Assembly (NCBI RefSeq): GCF_009914755.1
Contig: NC_060928.1
Length of the DNA: 64,000 nt
DNA from: the human T2T-CHM13v2.0 reference genome, Homo sapiens
Strand: one strand, 5' to 3'
Below the pieces are notes generated by a model. The model was not told where the DNA came from and did not search any database. It worked only from the letters and a program-made list of their open reading frames with translations. Each line of letters starts with the position of its first letter. Within the stretch, counting starts at the first letter, position 1. Positions 13,453 to 26,212 of this stretch are shown one piece after another. A program made the translations under genes and the position numbers.

Positions 13453-16349
13453 CTGACTGAGCATTTTAAATCCTGAGCTACCATATAGGAAGTCCAGCCT
13501 ATTCTGCAGGACAGAGTGATCATGTGGAGAAGCACTGTGGCATATCGATGTGCAGCTCAGTCAAGTTTTGGGATGACTCTTGCACCCCATCTCTGACTGT
13601 GCCATTTGAGAAATCACAAGTGAGAATCATGCAGCTGAGCCAAGTCAACACACAGAACCTTGAGAGAAAACAGTGAATTTGTATTTCAAACTACGAAAAG
13701 TTTTAAGGTGGTATGTTTATAGCAACAGATAACTGGAACAGGAACTGACAAGCATAGAGAAAATCTGGGTTGGTGAGAATTAAGGAATTCATGAAAAAAG
13801 AGATAAAATAAAATGATAACACAATGCAGATAAACATGAAGTTAAAAATAAGCTAAGACGATATACACCCTAATTTGGTAAGAAAATATTAATACATGTT
13901 CGATACAATGAATAGCTAGCTGGTAAAAGTCCTCAAGTTCTGTATCCTGAGAAGAAGATTCTTGGTCTTGAAAAACAAAACAGCAACCTCTGAAAAAGAC
14001 TATTATGAGGGTAAGAGATATTTTCCTCTTGAGGTCACACAACAAAGTTTTGCAGCCACTTCCAGCAATGTCACCATGTCCTGAAGGAAAGGGCTAGCAT
14101 CATTATAATTATATTTTAACTACATCCTCTGAGTTACATTTTAAGGTGGAGTAAGACATCTCTCTAATATAAAAATAAAAGCAAATTATATTGACATGTC
14201 TTCTCTTTGCTTGTAATAGAGGAATGGGTAAACAAAAAGCCCAGAGGAATGAACACAGCTAACTTCATGCTCTGCTGTGACCCTCCATGATTCTGCATCT
14301 GGCTGAAATTTTTATGGCTTCTGTTGAAATTCCCAAATGCTGACAGAAAAAATAATAACTAAAAATAAAATTAATTTGAGGGTAAAGGAGAAAGTTGGTT
14401 GTAAGTGATGCTTTAGAAAAGGTGACCTTTTTGAGCTTAGGATGATTATTGATACTCATGAATGAACACGTTTAAAATGAAAACATTCCTTCTGCTAAAA
14501 ACAGGGCAAGACTCCCAGCACACTCATTCTGGACTCTTATTTTGGATATCAGTGGGAAGTAAATACTTCTATGAAATGCCTAAAGCCTTGACCAATCTAA
14601 GCATCTGTATGGTAAAGAAGAGATTACTCAACATGGACCCCTCTGTTCTATTCACAACACTTCAAAGACTTCCCCACTGATCCAGGAGGGGAAATACTGT
14701 ATATTTGTAATGTATGTAAATTAGAAGATAGAGAGTTATTTTGGCAAGTTAGAACATACAGAAAAGTATATTGTATATGTAAAACAGAGACTTATTTTAG
14801 TTAGAACATATGGAAAAGTGTATTGTGTGAGTCTGTCTAAAATGATGACAGAGAAATGTGTTACCTTAATAGAGTCAAGAATAAATTGGGGACCATGATA
14901 GCAGGGGAAAAAGGACTTCCTAGAATACTAAGTTTAAAAAAAAATGTATACCAAAGCAATTAATCCCAGAGCACAAGTACAGAAAAGATGGGTCCTAGAA
15001 ATAGATGAGAAAATAAAACAAACAAACAAAAAAGCCTTATTCCTGGGTGAGAGTCTAATAGCTGGAACTGATAGTATAGGTTCCTAGTTAGCTAGCATTT
15101 TATATGATTGTTCACACTCAAGTGATCGATAAGAAATGAAAAACCCACGACAGGATGAAGCATGTTCCATGGAGTACTTCCTTCCAGATTCTCTTTGAGG
15201 AGCAACTCTGTGTGTCAGTCTGACCCAGCAAAGTCAGGCTAGGTGCATCATTGGTGGAGGTGTCCATTTTTGAACCAGGAACGAGGAACCAGAAAAAAGT
15301 TCAAGTGTCCATTTCTTTCCCTTCTCAGTTGTTTCCCATTTTTCTTTGTTTTGTTTTGTTTTCCAGTTAAATAGAGATGGTGTGAAGATACATATTTTTT
15401 TTACAGACTCCTGGTTTTAACTTCAGTTATTGGTTCCTTAGAAATGCCATGGCAAAACTCTCTATTATACAATAACCTTTAGGAAACTTATATTGAGTTT
15501 TTGAAGTTCAATTTCAACACAGAGGGCAAGTTTTAAGAGGGTAGAAGTAAAAATCTCTACTGCATGGAACTTAGGCAAAGGATCATTCTCCTAATTTTTT
15601 TTCCCCAGAATTTCTTCTCTGCAACCTTCTAGCCAGAATAGGCTCTCATTTTTTTTTGCTTTTGTCAATTGTAGGTTCTAAATTTAAAACTCAAGTTGAA
15701 TTTTTTTATGTAGCTTTGAATTCATTTTAGCTTTGAGAGCAGTATATTTAGCTACTGCCAGTTCACCCCTTGGTAGGACTAGTAGCTAAGCCAGTTTTTT
15801 TCTCTTAAAACTCTATAAATTTTCTTATCCTAGAACACAGGTTTTTCTAGATCATAATTAATTTTCCATCACTCAAATGAAAGGGAAATCTTTTTCATGC
15901 ACACTGAAATTTATTTGAAACTAAGAAAAATGCATTTGAGGAATATCTGAAATTATTTATAAAATTATAGCAATAAAAAAATGAACATTTCCTAAGGCAC
16001 ATATCAAGTGTTTGCTCTATAACTGGATCATTCAAAATATAAAGTTAATGTTATGAAACAGTGTAACAGCTTAAAACACTGCATTATATACACATTATTA
16101 TAGAAATTCCTGAATTATTTATTGCTTCAATAGCATATCCAAAGTTGAAAATGAGCATTTTTGTGGATTTCACTTGTCTTCCATTTAGAAAGCTCTATAT
16201 TTCCATTCAGTCTCAGAGTTGGCTGAACACTCTTTGTTGCCTTCTTTCCTTCCTTGACTTCCATTCCCTTGTTAGCTCCTTTCTATATCACCCAAATCCT
16301 TTTTTTTTTTTTTTTTGGACTTTGCTGAAATTCTGGTCATGGATACTGT

Positions 16350-16480
16350 GCTCCTTATTTTCAGTTGGAGAAACTGAGGCACAGAAAAGTTCAAATTAGT
16401 TGTTTAATCAACTTGCCACAGTAAACAGGTGGTAGAGTCAGGATTTGAACTCAAGTCTGTTTGCCTCCAAAGCTACTAGA
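16350..16480 (-). mobile_element. MIR fragment
   Basis: ttttcagttggagaaactgaggcacagaaaagtt...gagtcaggatttgaactcaagtctgt, the MIR core. Confidence 0.75.
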
Positions 16481-16619
16481 GTTCTAGAGTTCAATATTTC
16501 CACTGTCAATGACAATATTCAAATATTCTAAAATCTATGCTTGAATGGTTGTAAGTCAACAGTGGCCCCACCCAATAGCTCAAACCTAGTCCTGGAAGAT
16601 GTTCTTAAAAGCAGTTCTG

Positions 16620-17175
16620 TAAAAGCAGAACTACTGTTTGATCCAGTAATCCCATTACTGGGTATATACCCGGAGGAATATAACACATTCTTCCATAAAG
16701 ACACATGCACACGGCTGTTCATTGCAGCCCTGTTCACAATGGGAAAGACATGGAATCAACTTAAATGCCTATCAGTGACAGACTGGATAAAGAAAATGTG
16801 GTATGTATACACCATGGAATATTATGCAGCTATAAAAATGAAAGAGATCATGTCCTTTGTGGGAACATGGCTGGAGCTGGAGGCCATTATCTTCAGCAAA
16901 CTAACGCAGGAACAGAAAACCAAATACCACATGTTCTCACTTATAAGTGGGAGCTAAATGATAAGAACTTATGAACACAAAGAAGGAAACAACAGACATT
17001 GGGGTCTACTTGAGGGTGAAGGGTGGGAAGAAGGAGAGGAACAGAAAAGATAACTATTGGGTACTGAGCTTAATACCTGGGTGATGTAGTAATATGTACA
17101 ACAAACCCCAGGGACATGTGTTTATCTATGTAATGAACCTTCACATGTACCTCCAAACCTAAATAAAAATTTTTT
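16620..17175 (+). mobile_element. L1PA 3'-end fragment
   Basis: ORF2 C-terminus ELLFDPVIPLLGIYPEEY...KYHMFSLISGS followed by an L1 3' UTR and AATAAA. Confidence 0.92.
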
Positions 17176-17729
17176 TAACAAGAAGACATGAGGTGAGGGA
17201 GAGGAGGAAAAGCAGCTCTGGATACTCAAAAGAGGAACAGCAGAATTTAGATATGATTAAAAAAAAAGAGAGAGAGAGTTAGCTTGACCTAGAAAAGGCA
17301 CCATTTTCTCAGGTAGAACTTATGAAAGACTGTTTTGTTTGTGTTTTATGTTTTGGTTTTTGTCTATTTGGAGGGTTGAGATAAATTGACAGTTTACACT
17401 TAAATCTTATTATATATCATTTGTATATATAATATACAACTGTTAAAGGTGTGTTTCACTGTAGGTAGTTCTTATCACAAAGTATAGGTTAAATAACTCT
17501 TACATAATTTCTTATTGATGCTTTAATATATAGTCATAATGTCAATGACCTTTACAGGTATTATAATATTTTTATATTAAGTGGAACCTCTCAAACTATT
17601 ACAATTATTTTGGTAGCCAGTTTGGGCAAAACAAGAGAGCAGGCAATCGCACTGGAAAGGCTTATTCTAATATAGGTTTGTTACTTGTTTCATTAAGAAA
17701 TTGAGTGTCTTAAATTGTCCATCTTATAA

Positions 17730-19040
17730 AATTTGTCTAAATCCAAACTCACAATATTTTCCTCAAAACCATTTTCTTCTGCATTTTTTCCAATATGAAG
17801 AAAAAATCAACTTTACTCTTCCAGTTGCTCAGGTCAAAACCTTGGTGTCATCCTGATTCTTGATTGTTTTCTCACAGGCCACATCTGGTACCTCAGCAAA
17901 TCCTATTACCATTTTTCCCCAAACTTCTTCAGAATATGACCACGTCTCATCATCCCTTCTGCCGCACTCAGGTTCAAGCCTCCATCATCTCTGGCTGGGA
18001 TTATTACAAGAGCTTCCTAGCCATTCTCTCTGCCTTTTTCCTACTTCAGTCACTCCTCAATCATGCCTGTGCTTAAAACCTCCAAGGACTTTTCTTCTCA
18101 CTCATAGCAATGTCAAAAGCATTGCAATGACCTACAGGTCCTATACCATCTGCCATCTAACACCCTTCTGACCTCATTTGTTGCTATTCCCCTTGCTCAG
18201 GCCTCCAACCAAAGTGGCCTCTTCTCTGTTCCTGGAACAAGTCACAAGGCTTTTATTTCTGGGGCACTATTTTTCTTATTTCTTCTTCCTGGAATGGTCT
18301 TCCCATAGACAGTCATATGGCTGCAGGTTTATCTGAGTCTGTTCATGCTGCTACTACAGAATACCACAGACTGGGTAATTTATAAAAAACAGAAATTTAT
18401 TTCACACAGTTCTGGAGGCTGGGAATTCCGCAATGAAGAGGCCAGCATGTTCATTGCCTGACGAGGGCTGTCTATCTCTTCTTCCAATTTGGCACCTTGC
18501 TACTGCATCTCCAGAGGGGACAAATGCTGTGTCTTCACACTGCAGACAAGCAGAAGGGCAAAAAGGGACTAGCTAGTTTCTTCTTGCCCTTTTATAAGGT
18601 CATTAATCCCATTCATACTGGGGTCTGCCTTCATGACTTAATCACCTTCTAAAGAGCCCATCTCTCAATACTGTCACCTTGGGTTTAAGTTCTAACATGG
18701 GAATTTTGGAGGGACACGTACATTGAAACCATAACAAGGTCTTTACTCAAAAGTTGCCTTCTCATTGAGGCCTTCCCAGGACTTCCTATCTAAAATTTCA
18801 ACCCAGTGTCCCCACCCCCAATGCTTGTTACTCCCCAACAATACTTTTTCTCCTTAGACTTAGTATATGTCACTATCTAATCTATTTAACTCATTTATCT
18901 TGTTTATTATCTGTCTCCCTTATTGGATTCTAAGCTCCAGGAAGACAGGGATTTTTTTCTGTCTTGTTTTGTTCACTGCAGTTTCGCCAATGCCTGTCAC
19001 ACAGTAGGCACCTAAAACATTTTTGTTAAATGTTGCTGAA
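17730..19040 (+). mobile_element. L2 fragments interrupted by a MaLR LTR
   Basis: Typical L2 motifs (ccagttgctcaggtcaaaaccttggtgtcatcctgattc; ctaagctccaggaagacaggg; cctgtcacacagtaggcacc). Confidence 0.65.
18330..18735 (-). mobile_element. MaLR LTR (MST/MLT1A group)
   Basis: gctgctactacagaataccacagactgggtaatttataaaaaacagaaatttatttcacacagttctggaggctggg...cattgaaaccataaca. Confidence 0.8.
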
Positions 19041-19239
19041 TTTCACTTAGATAAAATTGACATCATAAACTTTCTACATAAAAGGATAGCAAAAATGTTT
19101 TCCATTTCTAAACTTGTTAGGTATTCAGTCAGTCCTAATTAGCAGTTCTGAAATCAATTTTGATTATCTGACAACATGATGTCCAAACTGAGGTATTTAT
19201 ATTTTCTGTTTATCCCACTTTCTGGAACATTTGATAGTA

Positions 19240-19400
19240 GCTTTCTACCACAAACACATTTTTAGATTAAAATTACTTCACCCCCTATGGTTATCTGTGG
19301 GCGCTTGTAACAAATTGTTTGCTAGCGCTGAGTGAGCCAGTGCTGATTGGCCATTGGGAACTCTAACAAACTTTAAATTTCAGCAAAATGCCCAGAGACT
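19240..19400 (+). promoter_or_regulatory. MEPE: MEPE proximal promoter
   Basis: RUNX core ACCACA at 19247-19252; two inverted CCAAT boxes (ATTGG at 19346-19350 and 19353-19357); TATA-like TTTAAA at 19372-19377, just upstream of the inferred first exon. Confidence 0.7.
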
Positions 19401-19449
19401 TCTAATCCTGCAACAAGAAGCCAGGTATTCTGAAGGTGAAAGATACCAG
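19400..19449 (+). other. MEPE: MEPE non-coding exon 1 (5' UTR; start approximate)
   Basis: Ends CAG|GTAATT at 19449/19450; possible alternative donor CAG|GTATTC at 19424/19425. A non-coding first exon is typical of SIBLING genes. TSS inferred ~25 nt downstream of TTTAAA. Confidence 0.7.
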
Positions 19450-20339
19450 GTAATTTGGCTTTCATGTTCTTGACAGCAAATAGCTTTATATCATAGTTGT
19501 TTACGTTTTTAAGATGCTTGCCACCCAAGTATGGTTTTATTACTTTTGAAAATCTTCTCTACTGAGCAAAACTGTGTAATATTTGGTGCTTTGTTTTATA
19601 AAATAGGAAATGCGTTACCATGCTCTAGAAATCATCAACTAAAATTGATGATTTGATAGCAACTTTCTCTTTTTTTTTGTTATTAGCATTATCAAGATCC
19701 ACAGTAACTCAGACTTCAGTTTTCTTCTATCCCTTCACTTAACAAACTGCAATCAGGAAAATCTGATCTTATTCATACTTTGAAACCTCATCTGTGTTGA
19801 TATTTCTACTGATGAGCATTAACTCATTTCATAAGTTACTTACGTTGTCCTGATCTATAAAATGCTTGGAAGGGTAAACTATAGTTAGAATTTAGATCCT
19901 TCTAATTGCATTAATTTAGAAAAACATAGCCTAGGATTTTAGAATATATTTAATAGTTACAATTATTTCTCCAAATACCAGCTTTTCCTTGAGGTGTTTA
20001 AAGATTGCAAGAATATTTAGATTATTTTTTCCCATAAAAACAAGTTTTTCTTCAAGAAATCTCAGAGTGGCATAAATTTATTGTTTTCACAATATAATAA
20101 TAAGATCAATAGTCCAAAGACATGTTGACTTTTTTCCAATCTAATGGCTACTTAAGTGAGCTCACTAGTTCCTGTTGGTATATTTACCAAAATATAAACA
20201 AATACCTTTATTTGTAACTAAATGTTAGTATTTTGAACATCATTTTGTTGAGCCCAATATAAAATATGATTTGCCTTTAAGTCAACTGTACATGGATTTT
20301 TCTGTAATAAGATAAAAGAATAGAAAGTTATTTAAGGTG

Positions 20340-20595
20340 GCAGAGAGTCTTGATGAAGAAAACTGGGTCTAGAGCCACATTGCCTGGATACTAATCCCAG
20401 TTCTGCCCCTTAATATTTGTGAATTCTAAGGCAAGTTATTTGATCTTTTTGTGTCTATTTCCTAATCTATACAACAGGCATAGTAACGCCACCTAACTTG
20501 TAGGGTCGTTGTGAGGCTCAAATAATTGAATGCATGCAAAATTCTTAGACCCAGTGCTTGGCTCATTTTAGTATTCAATAAATGTTAGCCATTAA
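20340..20595 (+). mobile_element. MIR
   Basis: ctaatcccagttctgcccct...ggcaagttatttgatc...gttgtgaggctcaaataa...cagtgcttggctcat...aataaatgttagcc. Confidence 0.75.
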
Positions 20596-21149
20596 TGTCA
20601 GTGTTGCAAAAATTAGTTCACTCTCCAGCCCATGGATGGCTACTAATTCAGACACATTGCTAATGAACATGAGACACAGATTAGGGCACCAGCCCGGAGG
20701 CAGATAAGCTTTCCTCACAGTGCAATCTGCTACCCTGACAAACTTAGAGTGTGTTATGAGCTGCTACATCAACTTAATGTCATTTTGAATTACACAAATA
20801 ATTAAACAATCTCTTTCTAAAGACAAGAGGAAGAAGAGCTGATGATAGAGCAAATAAATGTGTCTATAAAATATATTTCTATCAACTGACTTTACTGTTT
20901 TAATGATATTGAATAATTTTCATTTTCACATTGGAATAACTAGACATATGAAAGTTCTTAAAATGTCCACACTCGGGTATAAGCAAGTTATACATAGTCT
21001 ATACACACACATACACAAAAGGATATGAACTGCCAAGGGGAAGGGTGTTTATATATTCCTATGTGTTTTATCTCTTCTTATGGCTGCAGTTTATAACTGG
21101 CAATGCTTTGCGGTAAGATATTGTTGTCTTTTTACAGAGATTCTCAAAG

Positions 21150-21203
21150 ATGCGAGTTTTCTGTGTGGGACTACTCCTTTTCAGTGTGACCTGGGCAGCA
21201 CCA
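21150..21203 (+). CDS. MEPE: MEPE first coding exon (exon starts 21138): signal peptide MRVFCVGLLLFSVTWAAP
   Basis: Acceptor ttgtctttttacAG at 21136-21137; AAAGATGC start context; hydrophobic leader; phase-0 donor GTAAGT at 21204. Confidence 0.97.
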
Positions 21204-22385
21204 GTAAGTATTTACAAATTCAATTATATTTCAGATAATCTCTTGCTCTCTTCATTTGTTTTTCTTTCAAGCAACGTCTATTTAAATTAGTAGCATCTAC
21301 CTAATTCAGTTATTTTAAAAAGAACCAAGCAAACAGAAAGCATCTAGCACTTAACACTCTTAACAAAGGAGGTTCTCAATAAACATGTGCTGAATTATGA
21401 GATCTGACAACATTGTCTTTTAAGGAACACCAAAAACAGATTTTTTGAGAAAACCAAGAGGCAGCCGCAGCATTTCAAATCAGCTGATACTAATGAGTGA
21501 TACTCAAAGACTCAAATTATAACATGGCAAAATAATCTTTGACTATTTTCCTGTAAACTTAAAGAATTTGACATGAATGTTTTAAAGCTAACCAGCTAGA
21601 TTTAGTAAATAGATAAAAATGCAAAGAGACAAGAACTCTTCTGTATTTCTTGCAACACCCCAATACTGTGGGATCCTACTTGTGATTTTCTCTTCATCAG
21701 CGAGGCTAGAGGTGGGACGTAGTACCTCCAAGCTTAACCCAAATCAAGCTCCTACTTCCTTGTGTGTCTTTTCTTCCCTCTGACTCACCCAGTTGAATAT
21801 TCAGGATGTGACCAAATTATCTTGTGAAAATGCTGAGTGTTAGTTATTTTCTGCAATGCAGACACAGTGCTAATTAGATAATGTCTGAGCAGCATCCTAA
21901 CTTATCAGAATAACCTTTTTGGTTGGAGAACCATGGAAACAAATAGTCATCCCATTGTCAATCATACTTATATATAGGTCCTGAGTGAGTGGGTGACTGC
22001 TAGGGTAACCAGGCTGATGAGGATGACCAGGGAAGCAGAGGGCCTCATGGAGGGCAGTGGAAGTTGGGGAAATGTGTTCCCTTCTCCGCACACACTCTGT
22101 GCAACAAGGGTGTGCAGTACAGTACTGTGGAGGCTGTACTGCTCACAACACACATTTGCGAGACCCCATGCACAGACCTCACTCAATCAAGGCCTAGAGG
22201 CTCAGGTGCCTCTCCCACCTCTCACGGTGGAAAAATGAGTCTTGCTGACCTAGCTCAAGTCGGCCAGCTGAAGATTTTATTTTGAGCAACGTGTTCCAAG
22301 AAGCAGCTGGAGTGGGGCTTTCTCATCATTTTCCAGTAAATGTGCTATGTCAACATTGATTCAGTGACCACTGATCAGAAGAGGA

Positions 22386-22560
22386 TGCCAGCTTTCCTGC
22401 CCAGAGGCAGACAATGCCATCTCCATTACAGGGCCACATTCAAGCCTAAGACATCTGCTTGGGGGTATAGAGGGGACAAGGGAGGGATGCGTATTTCAAA
22501 TGAAAGCAGCTCAGCAAGGATGCAGAGGCAACATTTGTAACTGTGAATCATTAAATATGA
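22386..22560. repeat. Diverged inverted-repeat arm A (partner 24686-24876)
   Basis: Aligns by eye to the reverse complement of 24686-24876; about three-quarters identical in the ~105-bp core. Confidence 0.85.
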
Positions 22561-24685
22561 TGTTTTCTTCCAGGTATATAGATGCCATTTTAGTAATTAC
22601 CTGAATTTTTAAATGATAGATTGGTGGCTTAAGAAATTAGTATATACTCAGCCACTTGCATACGTCTTAGAATTATAAGCCAAATTCTAAATGATTTTTA
22701 AAAGGAAGAAAATGAATGTTTATTAGGCTATGCAATTCGGTTAATATTCATCAAGATGCAGTTAGACTAGAAAGACTTTGTTATAAGTCACAATAAATCA
22801 AAACTGTACCGAGGTACTCTATATTGTCAAGTATGTTTCTAATCCATATGTGTGTGTGTGTGTGTGTTCTGTAAGAAGATCCCTGACACCCCATACTATC
22901 ATTTCTTTCTTTTGCTTAATATCTGCCCATCTCATTTTTATGCTTTCTTCTTCCTATAGTCCAATTTCCAGAACTGTTTGCCCTGGTTTTATATTTTTGA
23001 AGAGTGATATAATTGTCCAAATTTATATTCACATGATCATATAAGAATCAACATAAGAAATGCAATAAAGGATAAAACTATAAAAGATGCCTTGACGATA
23101 ATTAATATAAAGTTTAGGAACATTTCCTCTTATTACTAAATGCTTTTTCATATTTAATCATTCAAAAATTTATTATTTTAACCCTGGGACTTTGAGGCAG
23201 AAGATTTAAATTAAAATATCTTCTCTACTTCTACTGCAACTACCAACTATGAGTGTAGGCACTTCTGTTTCTTCTACTGCTCATCTTATAAAGGTTACTT
23301 TGGGACTCATATGAGATTATAAGTACAAAAGCAGTTTACAAACTATAAAGAGTCCTATAAATAGAAGGTGTTATTGATAAACTATTGTTATTTTCTAGAA
23401 TGGAATTGAATATTAGGCAGCTATGCCTTGGAGTCCAGCCATGGAGGTGCTTTCTAAACTTCTGAGTTTTATATTTTGAAGATGATTTTATCTGCCAGAG
23501 TCCAGTCCAGAAAACAAAATCCACTACAGGGAGCTCAGTAGAGCGACTTTCTAAGGGAAGCTAGCTATAAAGTATAAGGAAGAACAGAAAAGCCAACCAG
23601 GGGTGGTGAGACCACCCAAGGATCGAAGCTATTACCAGGCTTAGGGCTGGAAGGAAAAAAAAAGGTGCTGCTCCTAGGCCCCTGGCTGGGGGAACTAGGA
23701 CCACAAAGGAGATGTACCCAACTCTAGAGATGCAGCCCCAAACACGGAGAGTAGAGAAGGACATACCCTGGCTTCTCTCTCCTTCCCCCCCTCCAGACTC
23801 ATGCCAGGCCTCCTTCACCCAAACCCAGTCTGAACACAGAGGGCAAATGAGCTTGGGAAATGAAGGAATCAGTTCAGATTGAGCTGGAGATACAAAGGAG
23901 CTGAGAGCAAGCAGGGGCATTCCCAATATCTTAGTGCAAGCAACAACCTGTCTGTATTAAACAAAATATAGAAGCTTAAGGCTTCTTCAGGAAGAACACT
24001 TTCCAGGTAAATAGGACAGCTGGCCTAGGCGGCCCTCTTTCTGTTTATCTCTTTATTCAATCTTTCCCTTAAGGGGTTCTCTCTTTTATATGATTGATCC
24101 ACCATGATGCCTGCTTCCACTGTAGCACACCCATTCAAACACGGCCCAGTCCGCCCATTGGTTCCCAGTGCCACATCTGAGATAGGCTAGGAGTTTCTGA
24201 AAGAAAGAGGTAAATGAAAAATACTGAGAATTAAAGAACTTACATCTATTCCTTTAATAAAACAGTTGCTCTCAGATTTTAGGGTCCCTGTTCTGTGTGC
24301 TTTCCTGTGGTATGCAAACTTCAGCCCAAAGGACTGGGACAAACTGCCGAGGTCTGTTCTTTCTTCATTTCTGCCCTTTCTGCGCTTCAATAGCTACCCC
24401 TCACCCTACGCTACCCTCAAGAAATTTTGACACTTTATGTCAAACCAAGAAACAGAATTTATCCTAATCTGCTGGCCACCTCCATTTTTCCTTCTCAGAA
24501 TGTAACATCTGGCAGCAATAAGTTTTTGTCCTTAATTGCGATCCTACCATTCACATGAACGGCTATGGTTTGACTCTCCCTGGGCCATCAGCAGCATCAT
24601 ATCTTAATTCAATATTACAGTTACTCGACTTATATAATTAATGCACACACACAATTTAAATCGTCAAACTCTGATTTTAGTTCAC

Positions 24686-24876
24686 TTATATTTAACAACT
24701 CCCAGTTTGCCAGTGAAAACTTCTTTTTCAGTGGATTCTGATGGCAGCCAAGCTCCTTCGTCTGGGGTGCCATCCCTCCCTACTCCCCCACCACACCCAC
24801 TTAGCGGTTGTCTGAGCTTGAATCCAGTTCTGTAGTGGAGACGGCACTGTCTCCCTCTGGGGGCAGAAAGCTGGCA
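24686..24876. repeat. Diverged inverted-repeat arm B (partner 22386-22560)
   Basis: Reverse complement begins tgccagctttctgcccccagagggagacagtgccgtctccactacag; arm A begins tgccagctttcctgcccagaggcagacaatgccatctccattacag. Confidence 0.85.
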
Positions 24877-25066
24877 CTGTCTTTCGTAATATTGAAACAA
24901 ATATTATATTAATGCGATGAGTGTGTCAATCTTCTTTTGGTTAGAATGATTTTCCACAGTGAATAATACAACTCAGTGAGAGAAAAATAAATGAAACATT
25001 TGTTTGAAGAAGTTAATGAAATAGAATGTTCTAGTGGGTGAAGTTTTGTTTCTTGTTTCCTTTCAG

Positions 25067-25120
25067 ACATTTCAACCACAGACTGAGAAAACTAAGCAAA
25101 GCTGTGTGGAAGAGCAGAGG
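25067..25120 (+). CDS. MEPE: MEPE coding exon TFQPQTEKTKQSCVEEQR
   Basis: Acceptor tttcttgtttcctttcAG; 54 nt, phase 0/0; donor GTAAAC at 25121; matches the known MEPE N-terminus. Confidence 0.96.
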
Positions 25121-26119
25121 GTAAACAGAATTCATCTTTTCAAATAACTCTATTTCAGCTCTATAAAGAAAAAGTCAGTAAGAGAAAAGTGTAACTGTCA
25201 AAATAGTCTTGGGCACTTTGAATGGAAGTGAAAAAATATACAACATAATGTTGGCACTTTCTAGTCAATCAGGTATTGTAACTCACACACCATGTGTGAC
25301 AGAAAAGAGGAAAACATTGTGAATAGAGATTTATTTCTCCCCAGTATGATTTCTTCCTTCAAATGAAACAATGCTTTGCCAGGCAACCTTCATGGGGCTA
25401 AGTGAGTAAGAATTTGGGAACATTGCTACTAGCAAACAATATTTTCCCACACATGTACCTGACAAACACTTTGCTCTCAGAATGATAAATAAGGGAGTAA
25501 AGGGGAAGGTGGCTATCAGATCTGAATGGGGAATTCTATGTCCGTGGAGTCAGCTTTCCATATGCATCCAGTTAAATGAATCCTCCCCGCTTTGCATGCC
25601 ACCAAATTGCAGCTTGCTTCTGCCTATCACAGAAAATTATGTTCTAAGAACTAACAATCTTCTGTACTTCATCTCAGCTGAAAATTACAAAGGCCAACGT
25701 TGCCAGCTTAAGAGCCTGAATGTTCATGCTGTGAGTTTTGCCAATTAGACATCAGACATGAATATTGTAAATCCTGTCTTTCTCCTGGTCCTCTCACCCC
25801 CTCCCACCTGAAAATATTTCCACATGCTCCATTTCCATAGACGTTTGGTAATAAAATCGATCCACCCTAGGACAGAAAGCAGTTGACAGGCCCTTAGGGA
25901 AAACAGATTTAGAGTTATGTAGAAAAGAGAAGGAACAAGTTGCTGTCTTCGGGAGCCGGCTGACACACACCCTCCTGTGGTTATAAGAAGTACTACCATT
26001 TGTCAGAGGTAGAATTCAACTTCACCCAACTTTTAAAGTTTCTTATATTATTACAAAGAGCCCAAAAACTTCTTTGTAAGAGATAAAACGTGCCTCAATA
26101 TAATGTTGTGTTTTTGTAG

Positions 26120-26212
26120 ATAACATACAAGGGTCACTATGAGAAACATGGGCATTATGTTTTTAAGTGTGTTTACATGTCACCTGAGAAGAAAAATCAA
26201 ACTGATGTAAAG
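26120..26212 (+). CDS. MEPE: MEPE alternative cassette exon ITYKGHYEKHGHYVFKCVYMSPEKKNQTDVK (31 aa)
   Basis: Acceptor gtttttgtAG, open 93-nt phase-0 frame and strong donor AAG|GTAAGC; inclusion gives 556 aa. Confidence 0.85.

Larger units (their letters stand above)
11852..13740 (+). mobile_element. MLT1 (MaLR) LTR split by a later L1 insertion (pieces ~11852-12120 and ~13456-13740)
   Basis: 5' piece has ctcccattcctcaagctattctgcaatgtgaggctgccacttctccatcaag; 3' piece ends gcagctgagccaagtcaacacacagaacc...gtttatagcaacagataactggaaca. Confidence 0.65.
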
